DNA from: an uncultured Armatimonadetes bacterium
GTDB lineage: Bacteria; Armatimonadota; Armatimonadia; Armatimonadales; Armatimonadaceae
Reading direction: 5' to 3'
Assembly (NCBI GenBank): GCA_902805585.1
Contig: CADCTO010000001.1
Span: 1 to 50,194, forward strand
DNA: 50,194 bases
Positions within the stretch are counted from its first letter, which is position 1; the number at the start of each line of letters is the position of its first letter. Below, piece by piece: positions 1 to 9,026 of the stretch. The position numbers and the translations under genes are program-made. Below the pieces are notes generated by a model, which did no database searches, had not been told where the DNA came from, and worked only from the letters and a program-made list of their open reading frames with translations.

Positions 1-1
1 G

Positions 2-184
2 TTCACCGACATGTACCGGGTCCACGGCCAGGTCTCGCCGCTCCGCCACAGCACGACCATCGACGAGGTGGGCGACGCCTGCGCCTTCCTGGTCTCGCCC
101 TGGGCGCGCGGCGTGACGGGCGAAGTGCTGTACGTGGACTCCGGCTACCACATCCTGGGCTTCCCGACCATGCCGACGGAATAG
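2..184 (+). CDS. fabI: enoyl-[acyl-carrier-protein] reductase, C-terminal fragment (5' end lies outside the window)
   Basis: Frame-2 translation FTDMYRVHGQVSPLRHSTTIDEVGDACAFLVSPWARGVTGEVLYVDSGYHILGFPTMPTE ends at TAG 182-184. The pattern '..A.FL.S..A.G.TGE.LYVD.GYH' is the typical FabI/SDR C-terminus. It is absent from the ORF track because there is no start codon in the window. Confidence 0.8.
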   Translation, partial: FTDMYRVHGQVSPLRHSTTIDEVGDACAFLVSPWARGVTGEVLYVDSGYHILGFPTMPTE

Positions 185-187
185 CCG

Positions 188-2230
188 TTGGCCGCCGCAC
201 CCGCAAAGCCCGCCGCCTCCCTCCGTACGACGCGCCGCCTGGAGGCCGTGTTCGGCGCGGGCGGCCCGCTCGCCGAACACCTGCCCGGTTTCTCGTACCG
301 GATGGAGCAGGTCGCCCTCGCCCGCGCCGTCGAAACGGCGCTTTCGCAGGGGCGGCCTTGCCTGGCCGAAGCAGGGACCGGCGTCGGGAAAAGCCTGGCG
401 TACCTCGTTCCCCTGGTCCGGTGGCTGGACCGCCACGGCGGGCGGGCGGTCATCTCCACGCACACGCTCGCGCTCCAGGGGCAGCTCGTGGAACGGGATA
501 TCCCCACGCTCCTGGAAGCGCTGCCCGACCTCGATATCCGGGCCGCCGCCCTGAAGGGGCGCGGCAACTTTTTGTGCCTGCAGGACCTAGAGGGCGCGTC
601 GGGCGAACTGTGGACGCAGGGCGACCCGCTGTTCGCGCGGCTCCAGCGCTGGGCGCGCGAGAGCGACACGGGGGACGTCGCCGAACTCGATTTCACCTTC
701 CCGGACTGGCAGGAGATCGCCGCGAACCCGGACACGTGCCGGCAGCGGGAGTGCCGTTTCTTCGAGCGCTGTTTCTATTTCAAGGCCCGCAAGAACGCCG
801 AAGAGTGCAATCTGCTCGTCGTCAACCACGCCCTGTTCTTCGCCGACCTGCGCCTGCGCCGCGCGAACCCGGGCGGCCCGACGCTGCTGCCGCCCTACGA
901 CGCCGTGGTCTTCGACGAAGCGCACCACGTCGACGAGATGGCCACGCGCGCCTTCGGCCTGGAGTTCGGCTCGCGGCGCGTGTCGCAGCTCGTATCGCGC
1001 GCCAAACGCCTGCCGGAAGGCGTCGACGGGCAGCGCCTCGCCTCGCTGGAAGCCCTGAACCAGGTGGTGTTCGACACGTTCCTGGGCGCCGAGAACCCGG
1101 AGGCCTTCGTGGACGAGTTGGTCCGCGGCGACGGCGACCGCGAAGCCTTCCACCATCGTGTCGCGGACCTGACGGCGGGGCTGGGGGCGCTCGCCAAGGA
1201 GCTGAACGCCCTGGCCGACAACGCCAACGACCCCGCGTCGCGCGAACGCGCCGGCGGGCTCGGCCGGACCGCGTCGCGGCTCGCGACGGAGCTGCGGCAG
1301 GTGACCAGGGAGGCGGACGACGAGGAGGACTCGCCGGGCTACTTCCGCTGGTACCACACGCGGCGCGCCCGCAGCGGGCAGGCGCACGCGACCCTGGTCA
1401 AGACGCCGCTGGACGTGGCCGGCACGCTCCAGAACCAGCTATTCGCGGACACGCCCCGCGTCATCCTCACCTCGGCCACGCTCGCGTCGGGCCGGGGCTT
1501 CGCCTTCCTGAAGGAGCGGCTCGGGCTGAACAGCCCCGAGGCCGAGGCGCCCGTCGAGATCGTCGAGGGCTCGCCGTTCGACTTCGAGCGCGACTGCCTG
1601 CTCTACGTCCCGCGCCACCTGGGCGCGCCCGGCGGCGGCTACGGCGGCGACCAGTCTTCCTACGCCGACCGGCTTGCCGACGAAGTGCTGGCCCTGATCG
1701 AAGCGGCCCGCGGGCGCACGTTCGCCCTGTTCACGTCGCACCGGATGCTGCGCGCGGTCCACGACCGGCTGTGGCAGAAGTCCGACTACCCGCTGTTCGT
1801 CCAGGGCGAGATGCCGAACGCCCGGCTCGTCGAGGCGTTCAAGGCGTCGGGCGACGGCGTGCTGCTGGGTACCAGCTCCTTCTGGGAAGGGGTGGACGTG
1901 CCCGGCCCGGCGCTCTCGTGCGTCATCATCGACAAGCTGCCGTTCGCCGCGCCCGACTCGCCGGCCCAGCGGGCCCGCGAGGACGCCATCAAGCAGACCG
2001 GCGGCGACGCGTTCCGGGAGTTCTCCCTCCCCCAGGCCCAGCTCCGCCTGAAGCAGGGCTTCGGCCGCCTGTTGCGCACCGCCACCGACCGGGGCGTCGT
2101 CGCTATCCTGGACGGCCGCCTCTACACCAAAGGCTACGGGCGCGACTTCCTGCTGGACCTGCCCCCCTGCCCGCGCACCGACCGCATCGAGGACGTGCAG
2201 CAGTTCCTTGCCCACACCGTGGGGGAATAG
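188..2230 (+). CDS. dinG: ATP-dependent DNA helicase, DinG/Rad3 (XPD-like Fe-S) family
   Basis: 680-aa ORF with Walker A 'AEAGTGVGKSLAYLVP', a DEAH box 'VVFDEAHH', and Cys residues around 'CRQRECRFFERCFYFKARK' typical of the Fe-S domain. C-terminal helicase motifs 'TSATL' and 'GTSSFWEGVDVPG' are present. TTG start lies 3 nt after the fabI stop. Confidence 0.85.
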   Translation: MAAAPAKPAASLRTTRRLEAVFGAGGPLAEHLPGFSYRMEQVALARAVETALSQGRPCLAEAGTGVGKSLAYLVPLVRWLDRHGGRAVISTHTLALQGQLVERDIPTLLEALPDLDIRAAALKGRGNFLCLQDLEGASGELWTQGDPLFARLQRWARESDTGDVAELDFTFPDWQEIAANPDTCRQRECRFFERCFYFKARKNAEECNLLVVNHALFFADLRLRRANPGGPTLLPPYDAVVFDEAHHVDEMATRAFGLEFGSRRVSQLVSRAKRLPEGVDGQRLASLEALNQVVFDTFLGAENPEAFVDELVRGDGDREAFHHRVADLTAGLGALAKELNALADNANDPASRERAGGLGRTASRLATELRQVTREADDEEDSPGYFRWYHTRRARSGQAHATLVKTPLDVAGTLQNQLFADTPRVILTSATLASGRGFAFLKERLGLNSPEAEAPVEIVEGSPFDFERDCLLYVPRHLGAPGGGYGGDQSSYADRLADEVLALIEAARGRTFALFTSHRMLRAVHDRLWQKSDYPLFVQGEMPNARLVEAFKASGDGVLLGTSSFWEGVDVPGPALSCVIIDKLPFAAPDSPAQRAREDAIKQTGGDAFREFSLPQAQLRLKQGFGRLLRTATDRGVVAILDGRLYTKGYGRDFLLDLPPCPRTDRIEDVQQFLAHTVGE

Positions 2231-2325
2231 CCGGCAGCCAACGAAGGCTTTTTGACTGCCATAGCCTGACGTACTTGACGCGCAACGTACAGGGGGCAAG
2301 AAGTATACGGCGAGCGGGCCTTTGG

Positions 2326-3099
2326 CTACTCGCCGCGATCGAACACGGTCTGCCGGGCGCCGCACCAGTCGATCAGGCACAGGCCGTTCGCGGCGGCGTA
2401 CGTTCTCAGCGCTTCGGGTGCGTCCTCGGTACCGTGCAGGCACAGCGCGGCGACACGGCGGCCGTCGTCTTCATAGCCGTACACGGTCCCGACAGGCACC
2501 CCGAACGCGAAGCCGCCCCGGACGATGCCGCCGTCCGCGAAGCGAATGCCGTCATACGTGAGGGCGGGGTCGAGGAGTGCACGCAGTTCGTCGAGGGTGA
2601 CTGCCGCCCCGTCCAGCGGCGCCGGGATCTCGGTACGCACGTGCAGGTTCCGGAACCCGATTCCCGCGCGCTCCTCGGCATAAACGCGCCGGATGGCATC
2701 GAGGCAGGCGTCGATCTGCTCCTGCCAGCGCAAAGCGACGAACTCGACCTGCCGCCAGTCGTCCTCGTGCAGTTCCAGGAAGCGCCCGCCCGCCGCTGCA
2801 CCGTACTCGACCGGGGGCAGCACGTTTTCGAGGGTCGGGAGCGAGAACAGGATATCAGCGGGGTCCGCCGTGCGCTCTTTCCGCAGCGTCAGGCGCAGGC
2901 GGCCGCTCGCGCCGAATTCGGCGGCGGTCGGCGGATCGGCGCGGACGACGGACCACGGCTCGTCCCCCAGATGCAGGGTCGTCGCGGCGGCGAACGATTC
3001 CGGCAGGCTCTCGACGGGCAGGTCGGCTTCGGCGAAAGACGCGCCGGTGCCGGCATCGACAAACTCTACGTGGACCGTGCGGCGTGGTTCGTCGGGCAT
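2326..3099 (-). CDS. hypothetical protein (257 aa)
   Basis: Part of ORF 2326..3411(-). The upstream third is Arg/Pro-rich junk and overlaps the next gene, so the start is placed at the internal ATG (3097-3099, 'MPDEPRRTVHVEF'). Codon usage is coding-like. No domain recognised. Confidence 0.6.
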   Translation of the reverse strand: MPDEPRRTVHVEFVDAGTGASFAEADLPVESLPESFAAATTLHLGDEPWSVVRADPPTAAEFGASGRLRLTLRKERTADPADILFSLPTLENVLPPVEYGAAAGGRFLELHEDDWRQVEFVALRWQEQIDACLDAIRRVYAEERAGIGFRNLHVRTEIPAPLDGAAVTLDELRALLDPALTYDGIRFADGGIVRGGFAFGVPVGTVYGYEDDGRRVAALCLHGTEDAPEALRTYAAANGLCLIDWCGARQTVFDRGE

Positions 3100-3152
3100 G
3101 AGCGTGGCAACCGGCGTCTCGGCAGTGTCCGGACCCGCGCGGGCGGGCGTCG

Positions 3153-4037
3153 TCAGTCCGACAGGATGCGCGAGCGGAACTCGTGCTGCCCGCGCACGGG
3201 GCGGTCCAGGGTGACCTGGAAGAGCGTGCCGTCCACGTCGGCGCTGTCGGGCTCGCCGCCGCCCGCCGTGGTGACATACAAGGTTTCGAGTTCGAGTCCG
3301 CCGAAGAAGAGCGACGTCACCTTGGCCGCCGGGAGCGTGATACGGTCCAGGACCCGGCCGTCGTCCGGCGCGTGCTTGAGGATGGCGGAGCCCCGGAACC
3401 GAGCGGACCACACGAACCCCTCGCCGTCCACCGCCATGCCGTCGGGCGTGCCCTCCTCCGGGCTTCCCTGATAGAACACGGTCTCGTCCGACAGTTCGCC
3501 CGTCGCGCGGTCGTAGCGGTAGCGGTAGATGCGCTTGGCCGTCGAGTCGGTCCAGTAGAAGCGGCTCCCGTCGGGGGTGAAGCCCATGCCGTTGCCGTTG
3601 CCCGTGCCGCTTCGGACTTTCGTGACCGCGCCGTCCGTGTCGATGCGGTACAGGCCGCCGCTCTCTTTGGTGACCCCGATGGTGCCGGCGAAGACGCGCC
3701 CCTCCGGGTCGGCGATCACGTCGTTGAAGCGCTTGGCGCCCTCGTCGCGGAACGGCAGAACGGTGCGCACGTGGCGGCCGTCGGCGGCCATAGTCGCGAT
3801 GTCCGTCTCGCGGAAAAGCAGCCAGTCGCCGTCCGCCTGGAGCGTGAAGCCGCCCACCTGCGCCCCCGGGTCGTCGTAGACGGTCTCGTGTGCGCCCGTC
3901 GCCGGGTCGTAGCGGTAGATCCTGCCGTTGGGGATGTCGGTCCAGTAGACGCGGCCGTCGTCGGGACGCCAGTACGGGTTTTCGCCCGTCGCGCAGTGCT
4001 CGTTGACCAGCGGGGTGGTGGTGTAGGTGGTGCTCAT
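3153..4037 (-). CDS. SMP-30/gluconolactonase/LRE family protein
   Basis: 294-aa ORF with repeated beta-propeller motifs: 'GENPYWRPDDGRVYWTDIPNGRIYRYDP', 'RFNDVIADPEGRVFAGT', 'NGMGFTPDGSRFYWTDS', 'PDGMAVDGEGFVW'. Confidence 0.85.
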   Translation of the reverse strand: MSTTYTTTPLVNEHCATGENPYWRPDDGRVYWTDIPNGRIYRYDPATGAHETVYDDPGAQVGGFTLQADGDWLLFRETDIATMAADGRHVRTVLPFRDEGAKRFNDVIADPEGRVFAGTIGVTKESGGLYRIDTDGAVTKVRSGTGNGNGMGFTPDGSRFYWTDSTAKRIYRYRYDRATGELSDETVFYQGSPEEGTPDGMAVDGEGFVWSARFRGSAILKHAPDDGRVLDRITLPAAKVTSLFFGGLELETLYVTTAGGGEPDSADVDGTLFQVTLDRPVRGQHEFRSRILSD

Positions 4038-4059
4038 AACGGCGTGTGTCAGGATACCG

Positions 4060-4113
4060 CAGGCCGAACCGCCCTGATGCCGGTCCGCACCGGCATCAGG
4101 GCGGTTCGGCCTG
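4060..4113 (-). terminator. 25-bp perfect GC-rich hairpin abutting the prc stop codon (no U-tract)
   Basis: caggccgaaccgccctgatgccggt (4060-4084), loop ccgc, accggcatcagggcggttcggcctg (4089-4113). The arms are exact reverse complements. The prc stop (tca on +) is at 4114-4116. Confidence 0.5.
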
Positions 4114-6369
4114 TCACCTGGGCCTGGCGGAGAGCGTGATCCAGTCCATCAGGATGCGCTTCGTCTCGTCCAGCGCGACGTCCCTTCCCACCGAGATACC
4201 GGTGCCGGCGATCGCGTCGCCTTCCGAACTCGTCGACGTCCCCGCGGCGGCCCGGGGCACCGGAGGCGGCGCGGGCTTCGGCAGGGTCGGCGCGTTCACG
4301 TCCCGCAGCGCCAGCGCGAACACCTTCTCCTTCGGGGCCGGGCGAGACCGCATCTCCTTCTTGCGGGCTTCGGAACGGGCCACGGCCGCCTGCCGCTCCC
4401 GCATCCGCTGCTGCTCGTTGAGCGATACGCGTTTCTGCTGCACGGTCTTCCGGATCTGGGCGATCTCCTGGCGCAGGAACGCGAAGTCCCGGTCCCCGGC
4501 GAGGCGCGTGGCGGACCGCTTCCTCAACGGCGCGAGGTAGGGCTGGACCCGGTTCACCTTCCGGTACTGCGCGGTGCGGATGGTGTCCCAGGGGAGCGGG
4601 TTGTCCAGCGTGCGCTCGCCCACGTCCAGCACGCTGCTCGGGGACGGCAGCACGATCTCCGGGACCACCCCCTTGAGCTGTGTCGAGGCGCCGCCCGGAC
4701 GGTAAAACTTCTGGATGGTCAGGTGCAGCGAGCCCGGGTTCTGGGCGCCGCCGCCGCCCAGGCCGGCCCGCTGCAGGATGGGCGCCAGGTCGATCACCGC
4801 CTGCACCGTGCCTTTGCCGAAGGTGGAGGTGTCGCCGACGATGAGCGCGCGCCCGTAGTCCTGGAGCGCGCCGGCCACGATCTCCGACGCCGACGCGCTG
4901 AAGCGGCTGATCAGCACGATCAGCGGGCCGTCGTAGGCGACGGAGGGGTCGGTGTCCCGGGCCACCTCCACCTCCCCGCCCGAATCGCGCACCTGCACGA
5001 CGGGCCCGTCTTTGATGAACAGGCCGGTGAGCGAGATGGCTTCCGGCAGCGCGCCGCCCCCGTTGCGCCGCAGGTCCAGGATGACGCCCGCGACCTTCTC
5101 CTTCTTGAGCCGGCCGAGGAGCCGGGCGACGTCGCCGGTCGCGCTGCGCTTGGTGTTCGGGTCGTAATAGAACGACGGCAGGTCCACGACGCCCAGGCGA
5201 ACGGCCTTCTTGCCCGACGGCACCTCGATGACCTGCGCCTTCGCCGCCTGCTCTTCGAGCTTGATCTCGTCCCGGAGCAGCGAGATGGTCGTGCGCGTGG
5301 ACGGGTCGGGCGCGTCGGCGGGGATCACCGTCAGGCTGACCGGCGTACCCTTGGGGCCGCGGATCAGCTGCACGACCTTGTCGATCTTCATGTCGACCAC
5401 GTCGACGGGCTCCGCACCCCCCTGCGCCACCGCCACGATCCGGTCGCCGGGCTTCAGCCGGCCGCTTTTGGCCGCCGGACCTCCCGGTATCAGCTCCATG
5501 ATCTTGGCGTACCCGTCTTCGGACAGGAGCTGCGCGCCGATCCCGACCAGCGACAGGCGCATGCTGATGTCGAAGTTCTCGGACGAGGCCCGCCCGAAGT
5601 AGCCGGAGTGCGGGTCGTAGACGCGCGTCAGCGTCGTCAGGTACAGCTCGAAGATGTCGTCGTCGTCGTACTCGTGCAGGGTGCGCGCGAGCCGCGTGTA
5701 GCGCCGGTTCAGGGTGGTGACGATGTCGGCGGGCTTCGACTTGTTCAGTTTCTCCTGGAGGTACTCGTAGCGCAGCCGATCCCGCCACAACTGCTTCGCC
5801 TCCTCAAGATCCCGGGGGCGCGGCTGGTTCTCGCGTTCCAGAAGATACGTTTCGTTCCCGGCAAAGGCGAAGGTTTCCGACTGGAGCGCTTCCTGCGCGT
5901 ACGCGACCTGGGCGTCGACGCGCTCCAGAAAGCGGCTGAAGATCTGCCGGGCCGGGGCCGTGTCGCCGCGCTGCGCGGTCCGGTCGTCCAGCGTCGTGCG
6001 GAGGGGTTCGAACGCTTCCACATCAGACTGGAGGAAGGACACGCGCTGGGGGTCCAGTGTGTCCAGGAACCGGTCCAGGAGCCGCGACGACAGCGCGTCG
6101 TCGAGCGGCCGCTGCAGGTAGTGCTGCCGCGCCAGGAGCTGCGCCGTGACCAGAGCGATCGGGGCATCCCCGGAGGCCGCGCCGGCCGGGCCGGCAGCCG
6201 GCGCCGAAACGGCCCGGCCGGCGCGCGGCGGCGTACCGGGCGTCGCGGAGCCGGCCACCTGCTGCACGCGGCTTCGGCCGCTCTGTTCGGCCAGCGTGGC
6301 CGTCATCATCCCCGCCGCGACGATACTGGTCGCGGCGGCGACGGCGAATACGAGACGGGAAAACTTCAT
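4114..6369 (-). CDS. prc: tail-specific (C-terminal processing) protease, S41 family with PDZ domain
   Basis: ORF 4114..6492(-), start placed at ATG 6367-6369 giving the signal peptide 'MKFSRLVFAVAAATSIVAAGMM'. It has a Prc-type N-domain ('LDTLDPQRVSFLQSDVEAFE'), a PDZ domain ('GIGAQLLSEDGYAKIMELIPGGPAAKSGRLKPGDRIVAV'), an S41 core ('DLRRNGGGAL', 'LISRFSASASEIVAGALQDY') and a long C-terminal tail. Confidence 0.85.
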   Translation of the reverse strand: MKFSRLVFAVAAATSIVAAGMMTATLAEQSGRSRVQQVAGSATPGTPPRAGRAVSAPAAGPAGAASGDAPIALVTAQLLARQHYLQRPLDDALSSRLLDRFLDTLDPQRVSFLQSDVEAFEPLRTTLDDRTAQRGDTAPARQIFSRFLERVDAQVAYAQEALQSETFAFAGNETYLLERENQPRPRDLEEAKQLWRDRLRYEYLQEKLNKSKPADIVTTLNRRYTRLARTLHEYDDDDIFELYLTTLTRVYDPHSGYFGRASSENFDISMRLSLVGIGAQLLSEDGYAKIMELIPGGPAAKSGRLKPGDRIVAVAQGGAEPVDVVDMKIDKVVQLIRGPKGTPVSLTVIPADAPDPSTRTTISLLRDEIKLEEQAAKAQVIEVPSGKKAVRLGVVDLPSFYYDPNTKRSATGDVARLLGRLKKEKVAGVILDLRRNGGGALPEAISLTGLFIKDGPVVQVRDSGGEVEVARDTDPSVAYDGPLIVLISRFSASASEIVAGALQDYGRALIVGDTSTFGKGTVQAVIDLAPILQRAGLGGGGAQNPGSLHLTIQKFYRPGGASTQLKGVVPEIVLPSPSSVLDVGERTLDNPLPWDTIRTAQYRKVNRVQPYLAPLRKRSATRLAGDRDFAFLRQEIAQIRKTVQQKRVSLNEQQRMRERQAAVARSEARKKEMRSRPAPKEKVFALALRDVNAPTLPKPAPPPVPRAAAGTSTSSEGDAIAGTGISVGRDVALDETKRILMDWITLSARPR

Positions 6370-6532
6370 AGTGTGAACATGCTTTCGAGGGCAACTTGTA
6401 CGACCGCGCGGTGCGGCACAGAGAAGCAGGCCCGGACGTGCGGCCGTTCCTGCGGCCGCGCTTTCACCCATGATACCCAAACGGACCCCCACACCGGTTC
6501 CCGAACGGGCAGAAAAACCTTGCCGGCCACGC

Positions 6533-7402
6533 CTACGGGTAGTGGTTGTGGTCCGAAACGGGCAGAGGCGGTGCGGGGGCGGCTTTCAGGACGCGCCGCG
6601 TTTCTTCGCGGGCGCCCTCCTCCTGATCCAGACGCCAGGTCGCATCCTGCGCCGCGCGGACGATGATGTCGCGCACCTCCTCGGGCGAGTCGCTGATCAG
6701 CAGCAGGTCCAGGTCCCGGGGGCTGATCTTGCCCTCGGCCAGCATCGTGTCCCGAAGCCAGCCCACCAGCCCCGCCCAGTAGGAGGAGCCGAACAGGATG
6801 ACCGGGAAGTTCCGGACCTTGCCCGTCTGGATCAGCGTCAGCGCCTCGAACAGCTCGTCCATCGTGCCGAAGCCGCCCGGGAAGATCACGAACGCCTGGG
6901 CGTACTTGATGAACATCGTCTTTCGCACGAAAAAGTAGCGGAACTCGACGTCGATATCGACGAACGGGTTGCTCCCCTGCTCGAACGGCAGCTCGATGTT
7001 CAGGCCGACCGATTTGGTGCCGGCTTCCCGCGCGCCGCGGTTCCCTGCCTCCATGATGCCGGGCCCGCCGCCGGTGATGATCACGAAGCCGGCCTCCCCG
7101 AGCAGGCGCGCGACCTGAACGGCCGCCTGGTACGCGGGGTCGTCGGGGCGGACGCGGGCGCTGCCGAACAGGGTCACGGCGGCCCCGAGGCCGGCCATCA
7201 CGTCGAACCCTTCCACGAACTCGCCCTGGATGCGCAGAACGCGCCACGGGTCCGTGCGCGTGAAGACCTCCTGCTCGGGCCGGGGCGTTTCCAGCAGTTG
7301 CTCGTCCTGCGTGGCCTTCCCGGCGCGCGAGGCGCGGTTCAACGACGAGTGCGCCGTCGGGACAACACCGGGCGCTTCGGGAATGGGTTTCTTGGTAGCC
7401 AT
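6533..7402 (-). CDS. LOG family protein (TIGR00730, cytokinin riboside 5'-monophosphate phosphoribohydrolase-like)
   Basis: Motifs 'VTLFGSAR', 'IITGGGPGIMEAGNRGA' and 'PGGFGTMDELFEALTLIQTGK'. Start placed at ATG 7400-7402 ('MATKKPIPE'), preceded by AAGGAGAG. Confidence 0.85.
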   Translation of the reverse strand: MATKKPIPEAPGVVPTAHSSLNRASRAGKATQDEQLLETPRPEQEVFTRTDPWRVLRIQGEFVEGFDVMAGLGAAVTLFGSARVRPDDPAYQAAVQVARLLGEAGFVIITGGGPGIMEAGNRGAREAGTKSVGLNIELPFEQGSNPFVDIDVEFRYFFVRKTMFIKYAQAFVIFPGGFGTMDELFEALTLIQTGKVRNFPVILFGSSYWAGLVGWLRDTMLAEGKISPRDLDLLLISDSPEEVRDIIVRAAQDATWRLDQEEGAREETRRVLKAAPAPPLPVSDHNHYP

Positions 7403-7541
7403 GGCTCTCCTTCTTTGGTTGTAGCCGGTTCCCGTTCGGGGGAGGTACGCCGGGTTCCGTGCCGGGACGGCTTGACCTCTTGGTACCGCAAGACGGGGTC
7501 TGCGGAACCTTGGTAAGGCGGAGACTGACGCGGGGAGGTTC

Positions 7542-7573
7542 GTGCCCCGGGCGCGGGAAAGCGCCCGGGGCAC
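7542..7573 (-). terminator. 13-bp perfect GC hairpin 9 nt after the DUF1552 gene stop
   Basis: gtgccccgggcgc (7542-7554), loop gggaaa, gcgcccggggcac (7561-7573). No U-tract follows. Confidence 0.45.
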
Positions 7574-7582
7574 TCGCGGACA

Positions 7583-9016
7583 CTACGCCGGCTTCGGCAC
7601 GACGCCCTGGAACGAAGGGTCGGAGATACCCCGGAGCTCGCCGGTGCTGTCGCCGAAAGCGCTCACGGGCGTGCCCATCGACCGGAGCATCGAGCGGTAC
7701 AGGTTGCACAGCGGGGTCTTCTTCTCGTACACCAGGTGGCGCCCGGAAGCGATGGTGCCGCCGCCCCGCCCCGCGAGCACGATGGGCAGGTTGTGCGGGC
7801 TGTGCGCGTTTCCGTCCTTCATGCCGCTGCCGAAAAGCACGAGCGAGTTGTCGAGCAGGGTGCCGTCTCCCTCCTTGATCGACTTCATCCGCCCCAGCAT
7901 GTACGCGTACTGCTCCATGTGCCAGAGGTTGATCTTTTTGTACTCTTCGAGCTTGTCCTCGTGGTTCTCGTGGTGCGAGATCTGGTGGTGGCCGCCGCTG
8001 ACGCCGGGCAGGAACGAGAAGTTCTTGCCGCTGACCTCGTTGCCGAACATGAACGTGGCGACGCGGGTCGAGTCGGTCCAGAAGGCGAGCACGATGATGT
8101 CGAGCATCAGGCGCACCTGCTCCGTATGGTCGATGCCGCGCTCCGAAAGGCGCGCCGGGTCCTTGTAATAGTCCCGGATGCGCCCGCCCAGCCGCTCGAT
8201 CTCCTTGCGCGCCAGCGGGTCGCCTTCGTACTCGGCGCGGCGGCGCGTGGCGTCGTAGGCGATGCGCTTTTCCACAGAGCGGACCGCATCGAAGTACTCG
8301 GTCAGCTTGAGGCGGTCCGCCTTCCCGACCCTGGCGTTCAGGCTCCGGGCGTCCTCCAGCACGGCGTCGAGCACGCTCTTGTCGCCCGCGGTCGATCCCT
8401 TCGCCTTGATGGCGTCCCGCCGGAAAAGCCGGTCGAAGGCGAGCTGCGGGTTGATCTCGCGCGAAACGGGGGTCGTGGGCGTGCTCCACGAGATGTGCGA
8501 GCCGTACAGGCGCGTGAAGCCGACGTTGACGTCGACGCCCATGGTGACGGGCTCGACGGAAAGCTCCAGCGAAGGCAGCGGCGTCAGGTTCCCGACGCGC
8601 TGCGCGACGAGCTGGTCCAGCGACACCCCGCCGGAGCGCAGGTCGCTGCCCGTGGTCTTGGTGACCGCCGTACCGGTCAGGAACGGCGCGACTTTGACGT
8701 AGTGCCCGTCGCCCTCGATGCTGGCCTTGTTCATCATCTCGGTCAGCACCAGGATGTCGGACTTCACGTTCGCCAGCGGCTGGAGGATCGGCGACAGTTC
8801 CCAGTTGCTGCCGTACCCCTGCGGCGTCCACGCCTTCGCGTTCACCCCGTTCGGCATGTACAGCGCGGCCATCCGCACGGGCGCCTTGCTCTTGCCCTTC
8901 GGCCCCGCGCCGAACGCGGCGAGCGGCCCCATGGCCTCCAGGAACGGCAGGCACATCGTCACGCCCACGCCCTTCAGCACGGCCCGCCGGGATACCGACA
9001 ACGACTCTCGATCCAT
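7583..9016 (-). CDS. DUF1552 (HXXSHH) domain-containing protein
   Basis: 477 aa with a Tat-like N-terminus 'SRRAVLKGVGVTMCLPFLEAM' and the family-defining 'GGHHQISHH' (HxxSHH) motif. ATG 9014-9016 is preceded by GGGAGAG. It sits directly downstream of its usual DUF1592-type partner. Confidence 0.8.
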   Translation of the reverse strand: MDRESLSVSRRAVLKGVGVTMCLPFLEAMGPLAAFGAGPKGKSKAPVRMAALYMPNGVNAKAWTPQGYGSNWELSPILQPLANVKSDILVLTEMMNKASIEGDGHYVKVAPFLTGTAVTKTTGSDLRSGGVSLDQLVAQRVGNLTPLPSLELSVEPVTMGVDVNVGFTRLYGSHISWSTPTTPVSREINPQLAFDRLFRRDAIKAKGSTAGDKSVLDAVLEDARSLNARVGKADRLKLTEYFDAVRSVEKRIAYDATRRRAEYEGDPLARKEIERLGGRIRDYYKDPARLSERGIDHTEQVRLMLDIIVLAFWTDSTRVATFMFGNEVSGKNFSFLPGVSGGHHQISHHENHEDKLEEYKKINLWHMEQYAYMLGRMKSIKEGDGTLLDNSLVLFGSGMKDGNAHSPHNLPIVLAGRGGGTIASGRHLVYEKKTPLCNLYRSMLRSMGTPVSAFGDSTGELRGISDPSFQGVVPKPA

Positions 9017-9026
9017 CAATCTCTCC

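Noticed and set aside
188-2230. DinG helicase as part of a defence system (type IV CRISPR or other DinG-associated islands).
   Set aside because: It sits 3 nt after fabI among housekeeping genes, with no cas genes, arrays or other defence genes nearby.
358-3471. Very long ORFs overlapping or antisense to recognisable genes, e.g. 358-3471(+), 6366-8954(-), 11000-14017(-), 36926-39025(-), 45627-48104(+), 4049-5788(-).
   Set aside because: Their translations are Arg/Pro/Gly/Ala-rich and low in complexity, with no motifs. They overlap genes that have clear family signatures. Stop-poor alternative frames are expected in DNA of about 70% GC.
4038-4060. A shared 'TAyCCTGACAC' string just upstream of the SMP-30 gene (minus strand, 4041-4056) and of the thioredoxin-fold gene (18150-18161).
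   Set aside because: There are only two occurrences of an 8-11-mer. That is enough to note as a possible -10/discriminator similarity, but not enough to call a regulatory motif.
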